Source: Vulcanimicrobiota bacterium
Lineage (GTDB): Bacteria; Vulcanimicrobiota; Vulcanimicrobiia; Vulcanimicrobiales; Vulcanimicrobiaceae
Length of the DNA stretch: 64,000 nucleotides
NCBI GenBank assembly: GCA_963714015.1
Contig: OY970223.1
Coordinates: 928,001-992,000 of the forward strand
Direction of reading: 5' to 3'
How positions within the stretch are numbered: position 1 is the first letter of the stretch; each line of letters opens with the position of its first letter. Below are positions 51,816-62,380 of this stretch, piece by piece. The position numbers and the translations under genes are program-made. The notes beneath the pieces are model-generated. The model was given only the letters and a program-made list of their open reading frames with translations. It was not told where the DNA came from and made no database searches.

Positions 51816-51879
51816 GTCCCCCTCTTCGCGCCCGTGCCCCCGTCATCCTGAGCCGGGCCTCCAAGCATTGAAACGAGGC

Positions 51880-52728
51880 CTAAGACGCGATATCGAGGCC
51901 CAAATCCAGCGCCGGTGCGCTGTGCGTGAGCCACCCGGACGAGATGAGGTCGACGCCTGTTTGCGCTATCTCGGCGACGCGCTCGGGAGTAATCGTTCCC
52001 GAGGCCTCAGTGATCAATCGGCCGCCGACGAGCTTGACGGCCGTCTCAAGCTCGCGAACGGACATATTGTCGAGCAGAACGGCATCGATCGGCAGAGCCA
52101 GCGCCTCCGTGAGTTGATCGAGCGTGTCCACCTCAACTTCAATCTTTACCATATGTCCGACCGATTGGCGGACCGCCGCGACCGCTGCATGCATCGAACC
52201 CGCCAGCGCCAGATGATTGTCTTTGACGAGCACCGCATCGTCCAAGCCGAAACGGTGATTGCTTCCGCCGCCGCACCGCAGGGCATATTTTTCCAGTACC
52301 CGCAGCCCGGGCGTGGTCTTGCGCGTACAGACGATGTGCGCTTTCGTGCCGGCCGCCAGATCCACTAAAGTACGCGTCGCCGTAGCAATACCGCTCAGGC
52401 GCGAGGCAATGTTCAGCGCGGTGCGTTCTCCCGTGAGCAAGGCGCGCGCTCTACAGTCAATCGTCGCAATGGTCTGTCCGGCATTCACGCGCTCGCCGTC
52501 TCGTACGGCGATTCGCGCGCAAGCATCCGGATCCAGAAGCCGGAACGCGAGCAGCGCGGCATCTATGCCTGCGAGAGTACCGGGTTTGCGTGCGACGATG
52601 CTCCCTCGTGCGTTCAGATCTTCGGGGACGATGGCGTCGGTCGTCAGATCGCCGCCATGTGAGAGATCCTCGAGCAGAGCGGCGCGAACGATCGGTTCGG
52701 CCAGCAAGCGGCGGGGCGAGCTACGCAA
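51880..52728 (-). CDS. nadC: Nicotinate-nucleotide diphosphorylase (start approximate)
   Basis: ALLEDL..GDLTT, GERTALN, CTRKTTPG, NHRFGL, KDNH, EVEVD, LLDN, EASG. Confidence 0.95.
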   Translation of the reverse strand: MRSSPRRLLAEPIVRAALLEDLSHGGDLTTDAIVPEDLNARGSIVARKPGTLAGIDAALLAFRLLDPDACARIAVRDGERVNAGQTIATIDCRARALLTGERTALNIASRLSGIATATRTLVDLAAGTKAHIVCTRKTTPGLRVLEKYALRCGGGSNHRFGLDDAVLVKDNHLALAGSMHAAVAAVRQSVGHMVKIEVEVDTLDQLTEALALPIDAVLLDNMSVRELETAVKLVGGRLITEASGTITPERVAEIAQTGVDLISSGWLTHSAPALDLGLDIAS

Positions 52729-52733
52729 CGGCG

Positions 52734-53751
52734 CTACGCACTGAGTTCCAGCATACGATCGACCGCAGCGCGCGCGCGCTGTGCAATCGCGGGATCGACG
52801 GTAACCTCGTACTCCATGGCTTGGAGGGAATGCAGCACCTTGGGAAGCGTGTTGCGCTTCATGTGCGGACAAAGGTTACACGGCCGAATGAATTCGACTC
52901 TCGGAAAATTGGCAGACACGTTACTCGCCATCGAGCATTCGGTGATCATGACCACGCGCGGCGCGACCGCCTTTTGGTCGATTCCGGCGACGTAATCGAT
53001 CATTCCCTGCGTCGAACCGACGTAGTCCGCCTCGGCGAGCACGTCCGGCGGACACTCGGGGTGCGCCAGAATCTTCAGCGCCGGATCTTCTTCGCGATAT
53101 GCGCGCAGTCTGAGCGCCGGTAAAGCGCTCGTGCACCTCACAGTGGCCCTTCCACGCAACGATTTCTACCGTCGTTTGCGATGCGACGTACTTTGCCAGA
53201 TACTCGTCCGGCAGAAAGATGACGCGTTCGGCGCCGAGCGAGTTCACGACTTTGACGGCATTGCCGCTGGTGACGCAAACGTCCGATTCAGCCTTTACCT
53301 CGGCCGACGTATTGACGTAGGTCACGACGGGACTACCGGGATAGCGTTCGCGCATGAGGCGGACGTCTGAAGCCGCGATCGATTCGGCGAGCGAACATCC
53401 CGCGCGCAGATCCGGGACGAGCACTGTTTTTTCGGGATTCACGAGCTTCGCCGTCTCGGCCATGAAATGGACGCCGCAGACCACAATTACGTCGGCATTC
53501 GTGCGTGAGGCTTCCATCGCCAAACCTAGCGAATCACCCACGATATCCGCGACCGTGTGAAAGATTTCCGGCACTTGGTAGTTGTGCGCCAGGATCACGG
53601 CGTTGCGCTCGCGTTTCAATTGATTGATCGCGGCGACGTAGGGCGCGTGCACCGGCCACTCCACCTCGGGGATGATGTGGGCGACGCGCTCGAAAATGGG
53701 CCGGGTTTCACGCTCGATTGCAGAGGTGTACGGCAGTTCTATAACGCTCAT
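52734..53751 (-). CDS. nadA: Quinolinate synthase (frameshift near 53110)
   Basis: [42 protein letters not shown]. Confidence 0.95.
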
Positions 53752-53849
53752 GCGGCAGTTTCACGGTTGCGGCAAGAGGGCTTAGGAACCTCCCCCGAAG
53801 TACGGGGATTCATGCGCCTGCTCCGCATCCTTACATAAACTATGACCCA

Positions 53850-55634
53850 ATGCGCGCGCCGACGTTTTCAATCGGACGTTCCGGGCCGGGCGGTCGAGCG
53901 GTGAGCCGTCTTAATGCCCGGGTCATCCTAGTGCTCGCTACGGCCGCCGTAATACTGCTGTTTTACGTGCCGCTCGGACACACCGACTTCGCGAACCGCT
54001 GGGGTGACGGAACGTTCGGCATCCATCTTCCGCCCGCCGGCGGCACGACCGTAAGTTCCGTCGATCCCGGTTCACCGGCGTGGAAGGCCGGATTGCGCCC
54101 TGGTGATACAGTGGTCGAGTCTTGGGAGGCCTTATCGGAGCTGAGCTTTCCCCGCGCCGGGGACCGGGCGGCCATGACGTTTTTGGACCCAAGCGACAGG
54201 CGTCACGCGGTGACCATGCGCGCGGTCTCCGTCGCAAACTTCGGCGCGATCCAGCGCATCTTGGGGATTCTGGCTATCGTTCCCGCGACGATCTTCTTGG
54301 CGATCGCGTTCGCGCTCGTTTATCTGCGTCCGGGGATCATGACGTGGTCGTTCTATCTGTTTGCCATCGGGTACTATTCAACCGGTCCGGTGGCGATGTA
54401 CTACTGGCGCGTAGCCCCGCATCCGGTCTACTTCGCAATTGCCTTCATCATCGGGACGCTCTTCGGCAGTTTTTCCGTGATGCCGCTGTTGCCGTTCGTG
54501 CTGCGTTTCCCAGGCGGCGATTTGCGGGGCTGGCGCAAGAAGGCCGATGGGTACGTGTGGGCATTTCTCGCCTGCAGTTTCGGCGCGTATGTCTACGAAT
54601 GGCTGTATCTGCGAATGCGAGGCGTACCTTGGCAATGGGCGCCAATCTTGGATACGTGGCTGCCGCTATTAACGTTTGCGATCGCGGCCGCAATCGTGCT
54701 GAAGAATTACCGTGTCGCCGGCCCGGAAATCCGGCAGCGCACCGGATTCCTTATCGGCGGAGTGATGGTTTCGTTCGTTGCGTACGCTGTGTATTTCGTT
54801 CCGGGAGTACCTTCGGCGGCCGCGCAGATCATCGGTTATTTAGTCGTGCTAATGCCTATCAGTGTCGCATATGCGGCGCTGCGCCATCGTGTTATCGACG
54901 TCAACTTCGTACTCAATCGCGCGATCGCATATACGCTGCTTTCGATCGCCGTCCTGATTGCCGTCTCCCTGCTGGATTGGGCGTCGGGACAAATCGTCTC
55001 GCGCATTCATTTCGCAACCGCAATCGAGATTGCCGTGACGATCGGCGTCGGCTTTTTGCTGAGCCGCGTGAATACGATTTTCGAGAGCTGGGTGGACGTA
55101 CTGCTCTTTCGCCGCCGGCACGAAGCCGAACGGTATTTGCGGCGCGCCGCTGCGGCATTGCCCTATTCGACCAGCGAGGAAGCGATTGCGGACGGCCTCG
55201 TGCACGAACCCGTCGACGCTCTCGAACTGACCGCCGCTGCGCTCTATCGCCAATCTCAAAACGGACGCCGGTTCGAGGGTGTCGGCACGTCGTCCGAAAC
55301 CGCCGTTGCCCCGATGGGCTTCGAAGGCGATCATCCGCTGGTGCGATTTCTCAAGGCGGATGAAGACGTTGTCTGGCTAAGCGACGTGCGAGCTCATCTC
55401 GATGCCGAGAACAGCGCGCTGTACGTGATTGCAATTCCGATCTCCGTACGGCACGAAATCGTTTCGTTCGTGCTCTACGGCGCGCACAAGAACGGGGCGC
55501 AGATCGATCCGGACGAGGTCGGACTGCTCAAAGATCTCGCTCGCGAGGCGGCTCGCGCGTACGACCACGTGGAAGCGGTACGCACGCGCGAACTGCTGGC
55601 GAACCTTAAGGCAGAGCCTGCAAGAACGCCGTGA
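53850..55634 (+). CDS. Membrane sensor-like protein: PDZ + multi-TM + C-terminal GAF-like domain (start may be GTG 53901)
   Basis: VDPGSPAWKAGLRPGD (PDZ); YAALRHRVIDV; IAIPISVRHEIVSFVLYG..EVGLLKDLA (GAF). Confidence 0.75.
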   Translation: MRAPTFSIGRSGPGGRAVSRLNARVILVLATAAVILLFYVPLGHTDFANRWGDGTFGIHLPPAGGTTVSSVDPGSPAWKAGLRPGDTVVESWEALSELSFPRAGDRAAMTFLDPSDRRHAVTMRAVSVANFGAIQRILGILAIVPATIFLAIAFALVYLRPGIMTWSFYLFAIGYYSTGPVAMYYWRVAPHPVYFAIAFIIGTLFGSFSVMPLLPFVLRFPGGDLRGWRKKADGYVWAFLACSFGAYVYEWLYLRMRGVPWQWAPILDTWLPLLTFAIAAAIVLKNYRVAGPEIRQRTGFLIGGVMVSFVAYAVYFVPGVPSAAAQIIGYLVVLMPISVAYAALRHRVIDVNFVLNRAIAYTLLSIAVLIAVSLLDWASGQIVSRIHFATAIEIAVTIGVGFLLSRVNTIFESWVDVLLFRRRHEAERYLRRAAAALPYSTSEEAIADGLVHEPVDALELTAAALYRQSQNGRRFEGVGTSSETAVAPMGFEGDHPLVRFLKADEDVVWLSDVRAHLDAENSALYVIAIPISVRHEIVSFVLYGAHKNGAQIDPDEVGLLKDLAREAARAYDHVEAVRTRELLANLKAEPARTP

Positions 55635-56532
55635 TATCGGCGTCCAAGCGCTGCGGCTGATCGTACATTTCAAAATGACGAGAGGGTGCGACCATCTCCA
55701 CCTTCGCCGTCGGATCGTCCGCCAACAGCGAAGCGTAGTAGCTCTGCTTTGCGGCAGCGCTTGGAAACATCCGCGCATCGATCGTGCTGTCGTACGGGGC
55801 GATTTCCAGCACAGGAATACGGATGTTCTTCAGTCCTGCACGATTGTCGGCGCTCACGTCCGCAGCCATCCATGCTCCTGACGCTTGAGGATCGCTCCGC
55901 GCGACGAGCGGCGCGACCGCGTCGACGTCGACCGGCGAGGTGAGATAATTGGACAAGACGTATGACTTCTCGATCGCCTCGAACTGCGCGGGTGATGAGA
56001 TCTTGCCGAACATGGCGCTGAAGTTTGCTCCGATTTGCGCGCGCTGCTGCGGCGTCATTTTATCGAGCCCCGGAAATACCGGCAGCCCGTCTACCGCAAT
56101 CGCTCCGCGTAACTGTTCGGAATGCTGTTCAGCGAGCAGTATTGCAAGCGTGCCGCCCAGGCTATGGCCGATAACTACCGGACGCTGCACCTTGTGTGTG
56201 CTCAGCATCGACCAAAAATCGGACGTAACCGTCTGGAACAGCGGCGTCGTAATCGGCGGGCGGCCGTCGAAACCCGGCAGCGTAAGCGCGTAAATTTCGT
56301 AGCTCGGGGAGTAGCGCGCAATTTCGCCTGACCACTCCCACGGCCCGCACGTCAGCCCCGGTATGAAGACTAGTGCCGGCTTTCCCGGCGTTCCGTAGAC
56401 GTCGACGTGCAGCGATCCGGAATCGAACGAGCTGTTGGCTTTGGGTAAAGGGGGCGGTACTGAGGCGTTTGCGGGGGCGCTCAACCAGAGCGCGGTGGTG
56501 GCGAGCACGGCTGCAGCAAGAAGACGATTCAT
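55606..56532 (-). CDS. Secreted alpha/beta hydrolase
   Basis: Signal peptide; FIPGL, LPGFDG, GHSLGG, SRHFEMYDQP. Confidence 0.88.
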   Translation of the reverse strand: MNRLLAAAVLATTALWLSAPANASVPPPLPKANSSFDSGSLHVDVYGTPGKPALVFIPGLTCGPWEWSGEIARYSPSYEIYALTLPGFDGRPPITTPLFQTVTSDFWSMLSTHKVQRPVVIGHSLGGTLAILLAEQHSEQLRGAIAVDGLPVFPGLDKMTPQQRAQIGANFSAMFGKISSPAQFEAIEKSYVLSNYLTSPVDVDAVAPLVARSDPQASGAWMAADVSADNRAGLKNIRIPVLEIAPYDSTIDARMFPSAAAKQSYYASLLADDPTAKVEMVAPSRHFEMYDQPQRLDADITAFLQALP

Positions 56533-56534
56533 TT

Positions 56535-56738
56535 TTATTCCTCCAGAGAATTGGGGTCGAAGATTTCCTCGACGTGTTTTTCGAACAACTTCGAAATTTT
56601 GAAAGCCAGCGGTAAGCTGGGCGCGTATTTGCCGGTCTCCAAAGCGTTGACTGTTTGACGCGCAATGCCGAGCCGGTCCGCAACCTCGGCTTGAGACCAC
56701 TCTCGTTCGGCACGCAGCACGCGAATGCGGTTTTTCAT
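56535..56738 (-). CDS. XRE/Cro-type HTH transcriptional regulator
   Basis: MKNRIRVLRAEREWSQAEVADRLGIARQTVNALETGKYAPSLPLAFKI. Confidence 0.93.
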   Translation of the reverse strand: MKNRIRVLRAEREWSQAEVADRLGIARQTVNALETGKYAPSLPLAFKISKLFEKHVEEIFDPNSLEE

Positions 56739-57136
56739 CCTTTGTACCTGCGGGCGACGAAGGGCGAAGCCGCTCCCCATGCGAGCATCACGACGCCGTA
56801 CGTGTACCACGCGCTGGGATGCGGAAAATGAGCGACTTCCAGAAATCCGTACGTCACCGAAAGCAGCGCAGTAACGCCTGCCGCTGCCGCGAGAGCCTCG
56901 ATGTGAATCTGCCGCTCGAGTTCGTCGATGCCGCGAATCATCGCCACGGCGGAAACCAAGACCGCGATAATCGGAAGCAGCGGGGTGAGCGCCAGCACGA
57001 TTCGCAGAGCGCCCGAGGCGTGACCCGCGGCGTTCGTAACCGGAATCACAATCGCCAGGTACGCCGCCATGGCAATCCAAAAGCGGACCTGGTATTGACG
57101 CTTGGCGCGATCGGTCGGATTGTTGACGGCGCTCAT
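56735..57136 (-). CDS. Small 4-TM membrane protein
   Basis: DELERQIHIEA..TYGFLE motif; overlaps the XRE start. Confidence 0.78.
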   Translation of the reverse strand: MSAVNNPTDRAKRQYQVRFWIAMAAYLAIVIPVTNAAGHASGALRIVLALTPLLPIIAVLVSAVAMIRGIDELERQIHIEALAAAAGVTALLSVTYGFLEVAHFPHPSAWYTYGVVMLAWGAASPFVARRYKG

Positions 57137-57137
57137 T

Positions 57138-57536
57138 TCAGCCGTAGCGTTTTTTGACGAACGGAACTGCGAGTGCCCAGCCGAGGACGAGGCTGTCGAA
57201 AGCCCACCAGGCTTCTGAATGCGGCAATCCGACGCCCTCGAGAAACGTGTACGTGACGGCCAGCCCGCACGTGATTCCGGCGGAGATCGCGAACGCCTCG
57301 AGGTGAATTTGCCGCTGCAGCTCGTCCACGCTTTGAACGAAGCGGAAGATCGCCCAGAGCCAGACGACCGTCGGTATCGCCGGCGTCACGGCGATGAGGT
57401 CTCGAAGAACGTGTGAGAACTGATGTGTTTTCAGCAGCTCGACGCTCGCGACGAGCACGGCGACATACACTATTCCCGCGACGATCATTTGGAGCAAATG
57501 TCGTTTCTTGATTTCCGGTTCGGTATCATCGATCAT
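57138..57536 (-). CDS. Small 4-TM membrane protein, paralog of 56735-57136
   Basis: DELQRQIHLEA..TYTFLE; both end in RY(K)G. Confidence 0.75.
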   Translation of the reverse strand: MIDDTEPEIKKRHLLQMIVAGIVYVAVLVASVELLKTHQFSHVLRDLIAVTPAIPTVVWLWAIFRFVQSVDELQRQIHLEAFAISAGITCGLAVTYTFLEGVGLPHSEAWWAFDSLVLGWALAVPFVKKRYG

Positions 57537-57614
57537 CGGCAGCGCCTCGGCACGCCGGGACGGTACACCAGGTTCCCGAGGCACGTCCACTTATCTGTCG
57601 TTCCCATGCGACAT

Positions 57615-57658
57615 AATGTAACTTACACCGTACATTTTGTCAACAAAAACCGACAAAA
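57615..57658 (-). promoter_or_regulatory. Sigma70-type promoter overlapped by two inverted repeats (probable XRE operators)
   Basis: Minus strand TTGACA-N17-TACATT; palindromes AATGTA-N10-TACATT and TTTTGTC-N10-GACAAAA. Confidence 0.75.
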
Positions 57659-58384
57659 CGCTCGCTTTACATCCTCTAGGGGCAATCGGCGGGCTATTCA
57701 ACCCTCCACGCGCTTTAGCTGAAGACTGGTCTGGCCCGAACTGAAGGGGGGCCCCGTTGGAGCGGAGCCTAGGATTACCAGCACCTGTAAGTCCTGCGGA
57801 CTGGCGTCGACTTCGATCGCATTGTTTTCTATTTGTACGAAGGTTCTCAACGAGCAGTAAGTCCCGCGCCCGGTCCGGCGAATCGGTTGGGGAGGTCCAG
57901 CCCAGTGACTGGGTATTGTCTTTCCCGGCGCGTAGAGTATGCCGAGAGGGTTACTCGGAAACGTTCCGGTTTGCACTAGTCTTCGATCTGAAGTGCCGGT
58001 TGAAGTGACCCAGCGATATGCAGATGCTGCTTCCGTCTGTGTAGGACTCAGGTGTAGCCCGATACATCGCGCATAACAACCCCTAACATTAACTAACATC
58101 GTGCCGGCGCACCGCGTGATAGAATGAATGGTGGAAGGAGGCCGCCATGACATCCGTTATCGCGGCAATCATCGTTTCGCCGCGCGCCGGCGGCCTTTTC
58201 GGATGGGTCGCCGCGGTGGTCATCGTCTCGATGGCCGTACTGGCAGTCCGCTGTTTCACGACCCCGTCTCCCAAATAATCTTCCGGCGGGCGGCGCCAAG
58301 ACTTCTGTACTCCCCGGCGAAGGGTTAGAGTCGGCTTTTCGGGACTCGGCTTCACTCGTCGCATCTGCGTGGAGGCATGGTGAA

Positions 58385-61300
58385 ATGAGCGTTCGCAGCA
58401 CCTGGGCGTCCCTTCTCGGTCTTTTCGTCTTCGCCGCAGCGGTATTACTCGTATGCGGTGCGCTGACGGCTCCGGCTCTGGCGGCCGGCGGCATTCAAGG
58501 CAATCTCAACGGCACGGTAATTGACGCCGGCACGCGCGCGCCGCTTGCGGACGTGCGCGTCAGTGCGCAGTCTCCGTCCGGTCAATTCTTTGCCACAACG
58601 GATTCCGGCGGTCATTTTTCAATGCTCGGACTGCCGGCAGATACGTACGTCGTCTCGTTCACCAAATCGGGTTACGACTCGATCTCGCAGCCCGGCGTGG
58701 CCGTGTTCGGTGATGAAACGGATACTGTCGGCACGATCCGGATGAGCAAGTCGCTGAAGACGATTACGCACGTCAATGCGCGCGCGCGAAGCGGAGCTTT
58801 TCAGCCCGCGCAGACGCAAGACGTGACCACGATCAGCGGTCAGCGCATCACGCAGGCACTCGGAAACGCGACCAATCAGCACGAGCAGCAACTCATCCTG
58901 GCGGCGCCGGGCGCTATTTCGGACGCGCAAGGCAATGTAACGATCCGCGGCTCGCTCAACGTCGAGCTTGGGTACCAGTACGACGGCGTCAACTTCACCG
59001 TGCCGTTCTTCGACGGCAACGGATCGAGTAATTATCTGAGCAACATCTCCGGCGGTTCCGGCGGTTCGCTGCAGGTGGTCTCGGGTTCCGGCGATGCTAC
59101 GCAAGGGAACATCGGCGCGGGCGTCATCAACATCGTCCCGCCGCGCGGAACCTATCCGGCCTCGGGTTTGCTTTCCGGGCAGGTCGACGAGCCGTTCTAC
59201 GATCATCAATTCGACGTCGATTACGGCTGGGCAACGCCGAACAATCGCTTGAGCGACTACTTCAGCTATGACGGCACGCGTTCGGTCCCGCAGTACGCGC
59301 CGTTCGGTGTCGACGCTGCAACCATTGCTCAGTACTACGGCACGTCGTATATCAAGCACGACGACATCGTGAACAACCTGGTGTACCGCTTCGGCCATCA
59401 GAACGACATGTCGATCCAGTGGCTCTTCCGCAACGAGTGGAATAACGAGTGGGGCAACTACGGCGGCTTGCAAAACGCGGCCTACTATCCATACAATCCG
59501 CTGGGATACTCCCCCTGGAATCAGATATTCCCTAACGGCCTCGCGCAACTGAACTCCGAGACGGTGCTCATGCCGGGCGTGCCGTCCAGCAACATAACGC
59601 CGACGGGCCCCGAGGAGACGCTGTATCAGCCTCTGGCCTTCAACAAAGTCGGCTTTACGTGGAATCTGAACTCGTCGACGTTCCTCTCGCTCAGCTATGC
59701 GAACTTCTATCAGCAGAGCGGAAGCACCAACTATATTCAGGGGAACGATAGTCCCGGCGTTCAAGAAGTCGGCGGCCAACGGTTGTCCGACGAATTCGAT
59801 CTGACCCATCAGTTCGGCACCGCGCATACGACCACGCTCGCAATTCGCTATCAGAACGACTTGCCGCGTTGGTGGACGACCTCTCCGTACGGGCTTCTGT
59901 GTCCGCTTTCCGGATTCTGCAGCGGCGAGAACACCGGACTTGCGTATGCCCCCGATATTTCGGACTTTTATCTACCGGCGAACTCCGCATTGATCGGACA
60001 GCAAATTAGCGCTGCGAATCCCTGTCAAACGGATCCGCTGACGGGCAATCCGGGCTCGTGCTACGTCTACGACTGGCTGGTGACCAACGGCAAATGGACG
60101 GGGTCTCTTCCGCTGATTCCGACCGAAGGCATCGATTATCACCACGCGATGTTCCATGAAGCGGGCATCGGCTTGCGCGATCAGTGGGTTGTAAGTTCGC
60201 GATTGCATCTGGACTACGGTCTGCGATTGGACGCGGATAATATGGACTGGGGAGTGAATCCGTGGGGTGGTCCAACCGCGCTGGAAGCAGCCGCAAATCC
60301 GTCGGACATCGCACCGGCGCAGTGGAGCGACACGTTCAACCGCCCGCGCATTTTGCAACCGCGGTTCGCCGCGAGTTATCAACTCGGCGCCGATGACTCA
60401 CTTCGATTCTCCTACGGCCGTTCCGTCGAGTTCTTCTTTGCGCAAACGGCCGGAACGCCGTTGGACATGACCGCCGTAAACCCGATTCTTTTGCAGATCC
60501 CATCCAAAGACAGCCCGGCGGGCGGGGCGCTGCTCGGACTTTCGCCATCGAGTTTGGCGCCAACGTGTGGAAGCGGAACGAATCCGACGCATCCTCAGCC
60601 GGGCGGCGGCGTTGGATATTTCTGGTTCTGTTCCAACTATGCGCAGCAATTGTTCTGGAACGCCGATCAGTGCTGCGACGCGCCGGACATCGGTGGTTAC
60701 GGTCCGCCCACGTACAACAACTGGGACCTCGCATGGGGCCATCAGTTTACGCGCGGAGTGATGAGCGGCTTCGGAATGAAACTCACGGCTTTCGCGCGGC
60801 GCGGTTACGACGTCGAACAAAATACCTTGCTCGCCAACGGCGTACCGAATCCCGTAACTGGACAAACCTCGGCTTCGATCTTCGCCACCCGCGCCAACGG
60901 CGTCGAGAAGACGTCGGGGCTGGAGTTCATGCTTACCGCACCGGATCGTCCGACCGGTTTGAGCGGATTCCTGACGATGAACTACATCTCCGAGTTTTCC
61001 TCGACTCCGCCCGTCGACTCGGGTAACTACGGCGATGACGCGCTGCCTATTCTGTACCAGTTCGAATTCAATTCGGGAGAGCTGTATCGCAGCAGCTTCC
61101 TCCCGCCGTTCCAGGGCCGGCTCGGCATCACGTACCAAACGTCGAACGGCTGGCGGATCAATCCCATCTTTGCGTTCGACGGCGGCTTTCCGACCGGAGT
61201 CGGATCGCAAACCTACGGCGCCGTCAACGGCCAGTATATCTGGATGCCCGAAACGAATTGGGGCGCCGCAACGCCGCTGGGCGGCCCGAACGGACCGCAC

Positions 61301-61726
61301 AACACGTACAACGCTTCATACTTCATCGATCCCGCAAACCCGGGGAATTATCTGAGCCCGAACATCGACGCAACGCGCGGTTGGCCGGAGCCGGCGCTAC
61401 CCGGCGGAGCGCTTACGAAAGCGCATGGTTCGCTGGATTTGGTGCTCGAATATTCTCCGCCGGGCACGCCGTGGACACTGGGAACATACATCAGCAACCT
61501 CTTCAACAACCACTACGGGCTGTGGTATCCCAATACGGTGTATCAGCCGGTCGCTACGGGCGTCTCGGGGCCTCAGTCTGGTCAGTACTCCGCGGGATAC
61601 CCCGGGAATCCGTACTATGTCGCGGGCGCGCGAGACGAATACCTCGGCACGTTCTCGAACCAGGCGTTCAGCGTGCCGTACAACCCGGGAACGACGTTCG
61701 CGTTCTATTTACAGCGACGGCTGTAG
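58385..61726 (+). CDS. TonB-dependent receptor with N-terminal carboxypeptidase-regulatory-like domain
   Basis: Signal peptide; GTVID..TTDSGGHF; plug TIRG..YDGV; QPRFAASY..SYGR; ISNLFN; C-terminal FYLQRRL. Confidence 0.85.
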   Translation: MSVRSTWASLLGLFVFAAAVLLVCGALTAPALAAGGIQGNLNGTVIDAGTRAPLADVRVSAQSPSGQFFATTDSGGHFSMLGLPADTYVVSFTKSGYDSISQPGVAVFGDETDTVGTIRMSKSLKTITHVNARARSGAFQPAQTQDVTTISGQRITQALGNATNQHEQQLILAAPGAISDAQGNVTIRGSLNVELGYQYDGVNFTVPFFDGNGSSNYLSNISGGSGGSLQVVSGSGDATQGNIGAGVINIVPPRGTYPASGLLSGQVDEPFYDHQFDVDYGWATPNNRLSDYFSYDGTRSVPQYAPFGVDAATIAQYYGTSYIKHDDIVNNLVYRFGHQNDMSIQWLFRNEWNNEWGNYGGLQNAAYYPYNPLGYSPWNQIFPNGLAQLNSETVLMPGVPSSNITPTGPEETLYQPLAFNKVGFTWNLNSSTFLSLSYANFYQQSGSTNYIQGNDSPGVQEVGGQRLSDEFDLTHQFGTAHTTTLAIRYQNDLPRWWTTSPYGLLCPLSGFCSGENTGLAYAPDISDFYLPANSALIGQQISAANPCQTDPLTGNPGSCYVYDWLVTNGKWTGSLPLIPTEGIDYHHAMFHEAGIGLRDQWVVSSRLHLDYGLRLDADNMDWGVNPWGGPTALEAAANPSDIAPAQWSDTFNRPRILQPRFAASYQLGADDSLRFSYGRSVEFFFAQTAGTPLDMTAVNPILLQIPSKDSPAGGALLGLSPSSLAPTCGSGTNPTHPQPGGGVGYFWFCSNYAQQLFWNADQCCDAPDIGGYGPPTYNNWDLAWGHQFTRGVMSGFGMKLTAFARRGYDVEQNTLLANGVPNPVTGQTSASIFATRANGVEKTSGLEFMLTAPDRPTGLSGFLTMNYISEFSSTPPVDSGNYGDDALPILYQFEFNSGELYRSSFLPPFQGRLGITYQTSNGWRINPIFAFDGGFPTGVGSQTYGAVNGQYIWMPETNWGAATPLGGPNGPHNTYNASYFIDPANPGNYLSPNIDATRGWPEPALPGGALTKAHGSLDLVLEYSPPGTPWTLGTYISNLFNNHYGLWYPNTVYQPVATGVSGPQSGQYSAGYPGNPYYVAGARDEYLGTFSNQAFSVPYNPGTTFAFYLQRRL

Positions 61727-61751
61727 CACGCGCTAAGGCATCGAAGGGTGA

Positions 61752-61790
61752 AACCGTCGGGACCCGCAACGGGTCCTGACGGTTATTCTT
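61752..61790 (+). terminator. Intrinsic terminator-like hairpin after the TonB-dependent receptor
   Basis: AACCGTCGGGACCCG-CAA-CGGGTCCTGACGGTT followed by a T-rich tract. Confidence 0.7.
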
Positions 61791-61825
61791 TATACACCAA
61801 AGTTGATAGGAGTAAATCCGCTTTC

Positions 61826-62380
61826 ATGTTGGCACAGGTTGGCAAACCAGCACCAGATTTCGAGCTTCCCAGCACCAAGGGCGCTACCGGCGCCAAGGAT
61901 CTGGGAAAGCGCGTCAAGCTCTCCGACTACAAGGGAAAGTGGTTAATCTTTTTCTTCTATCCGCTTGATTTCACGTTCGTCTGCCCCACCGAAATTACCG
62001 CACTGTCGGATAGATTCGACGAATTCCACGATCTGGAAGCTGAAGTACTCGGCGCTTCCTGCGATTCGGAGCACAGCCATTGGGCGTGGATCAATACGCC
62101 GCGCGAAAAGAACGGAATCGCGGGCCTGAAGTATCCGCTCGCTTCGGATTACACGAAAGAGACCGCGCGTTCGTACGGCGTTCTGGACGAGAAGAGCGGC
62201 GTTGCCCAACGCGGACTCTTCATCATCGATCCCGACGGCGTTTTGAAGTACGCGGTAGTTACGGACGATAACGTCGGCCGCAGTGTTGACGAAACGATTC
62301 GCGTGCTGCAGGCGCTGCAGACCGGCGGCCTGTGCCCCGCCGAGTGGAAGCCCGGCAAGGCGCTCCTGCAAAAAGCATAA
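61826..62380 (+). CDS. ahpC: 2-Cys peroxiredoxin (AhpC/TSA)
   Basis: FFYPLDFTFVCPTE, RGLFIIDP, VGRSVDE, LCPAEWKPG; AGGAG RBS. Confidence 0.95.
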   Translation: MLAQVGKPAPDFELPSTKGATGAKDLGKRVKLSDYKGKWLIFFFYPLDFTFVCPTEITALSDRFDEFHDLEAEVLGASCDSEHSHWAWINTPREKNGIAGLKYPLASDYTKETARSYGVLDEKSGVAQRGLFIIDPDGVLKYAVVTDDNVGRSVDETIRVLQALQTGGLCPAEWKPGKALLQKA

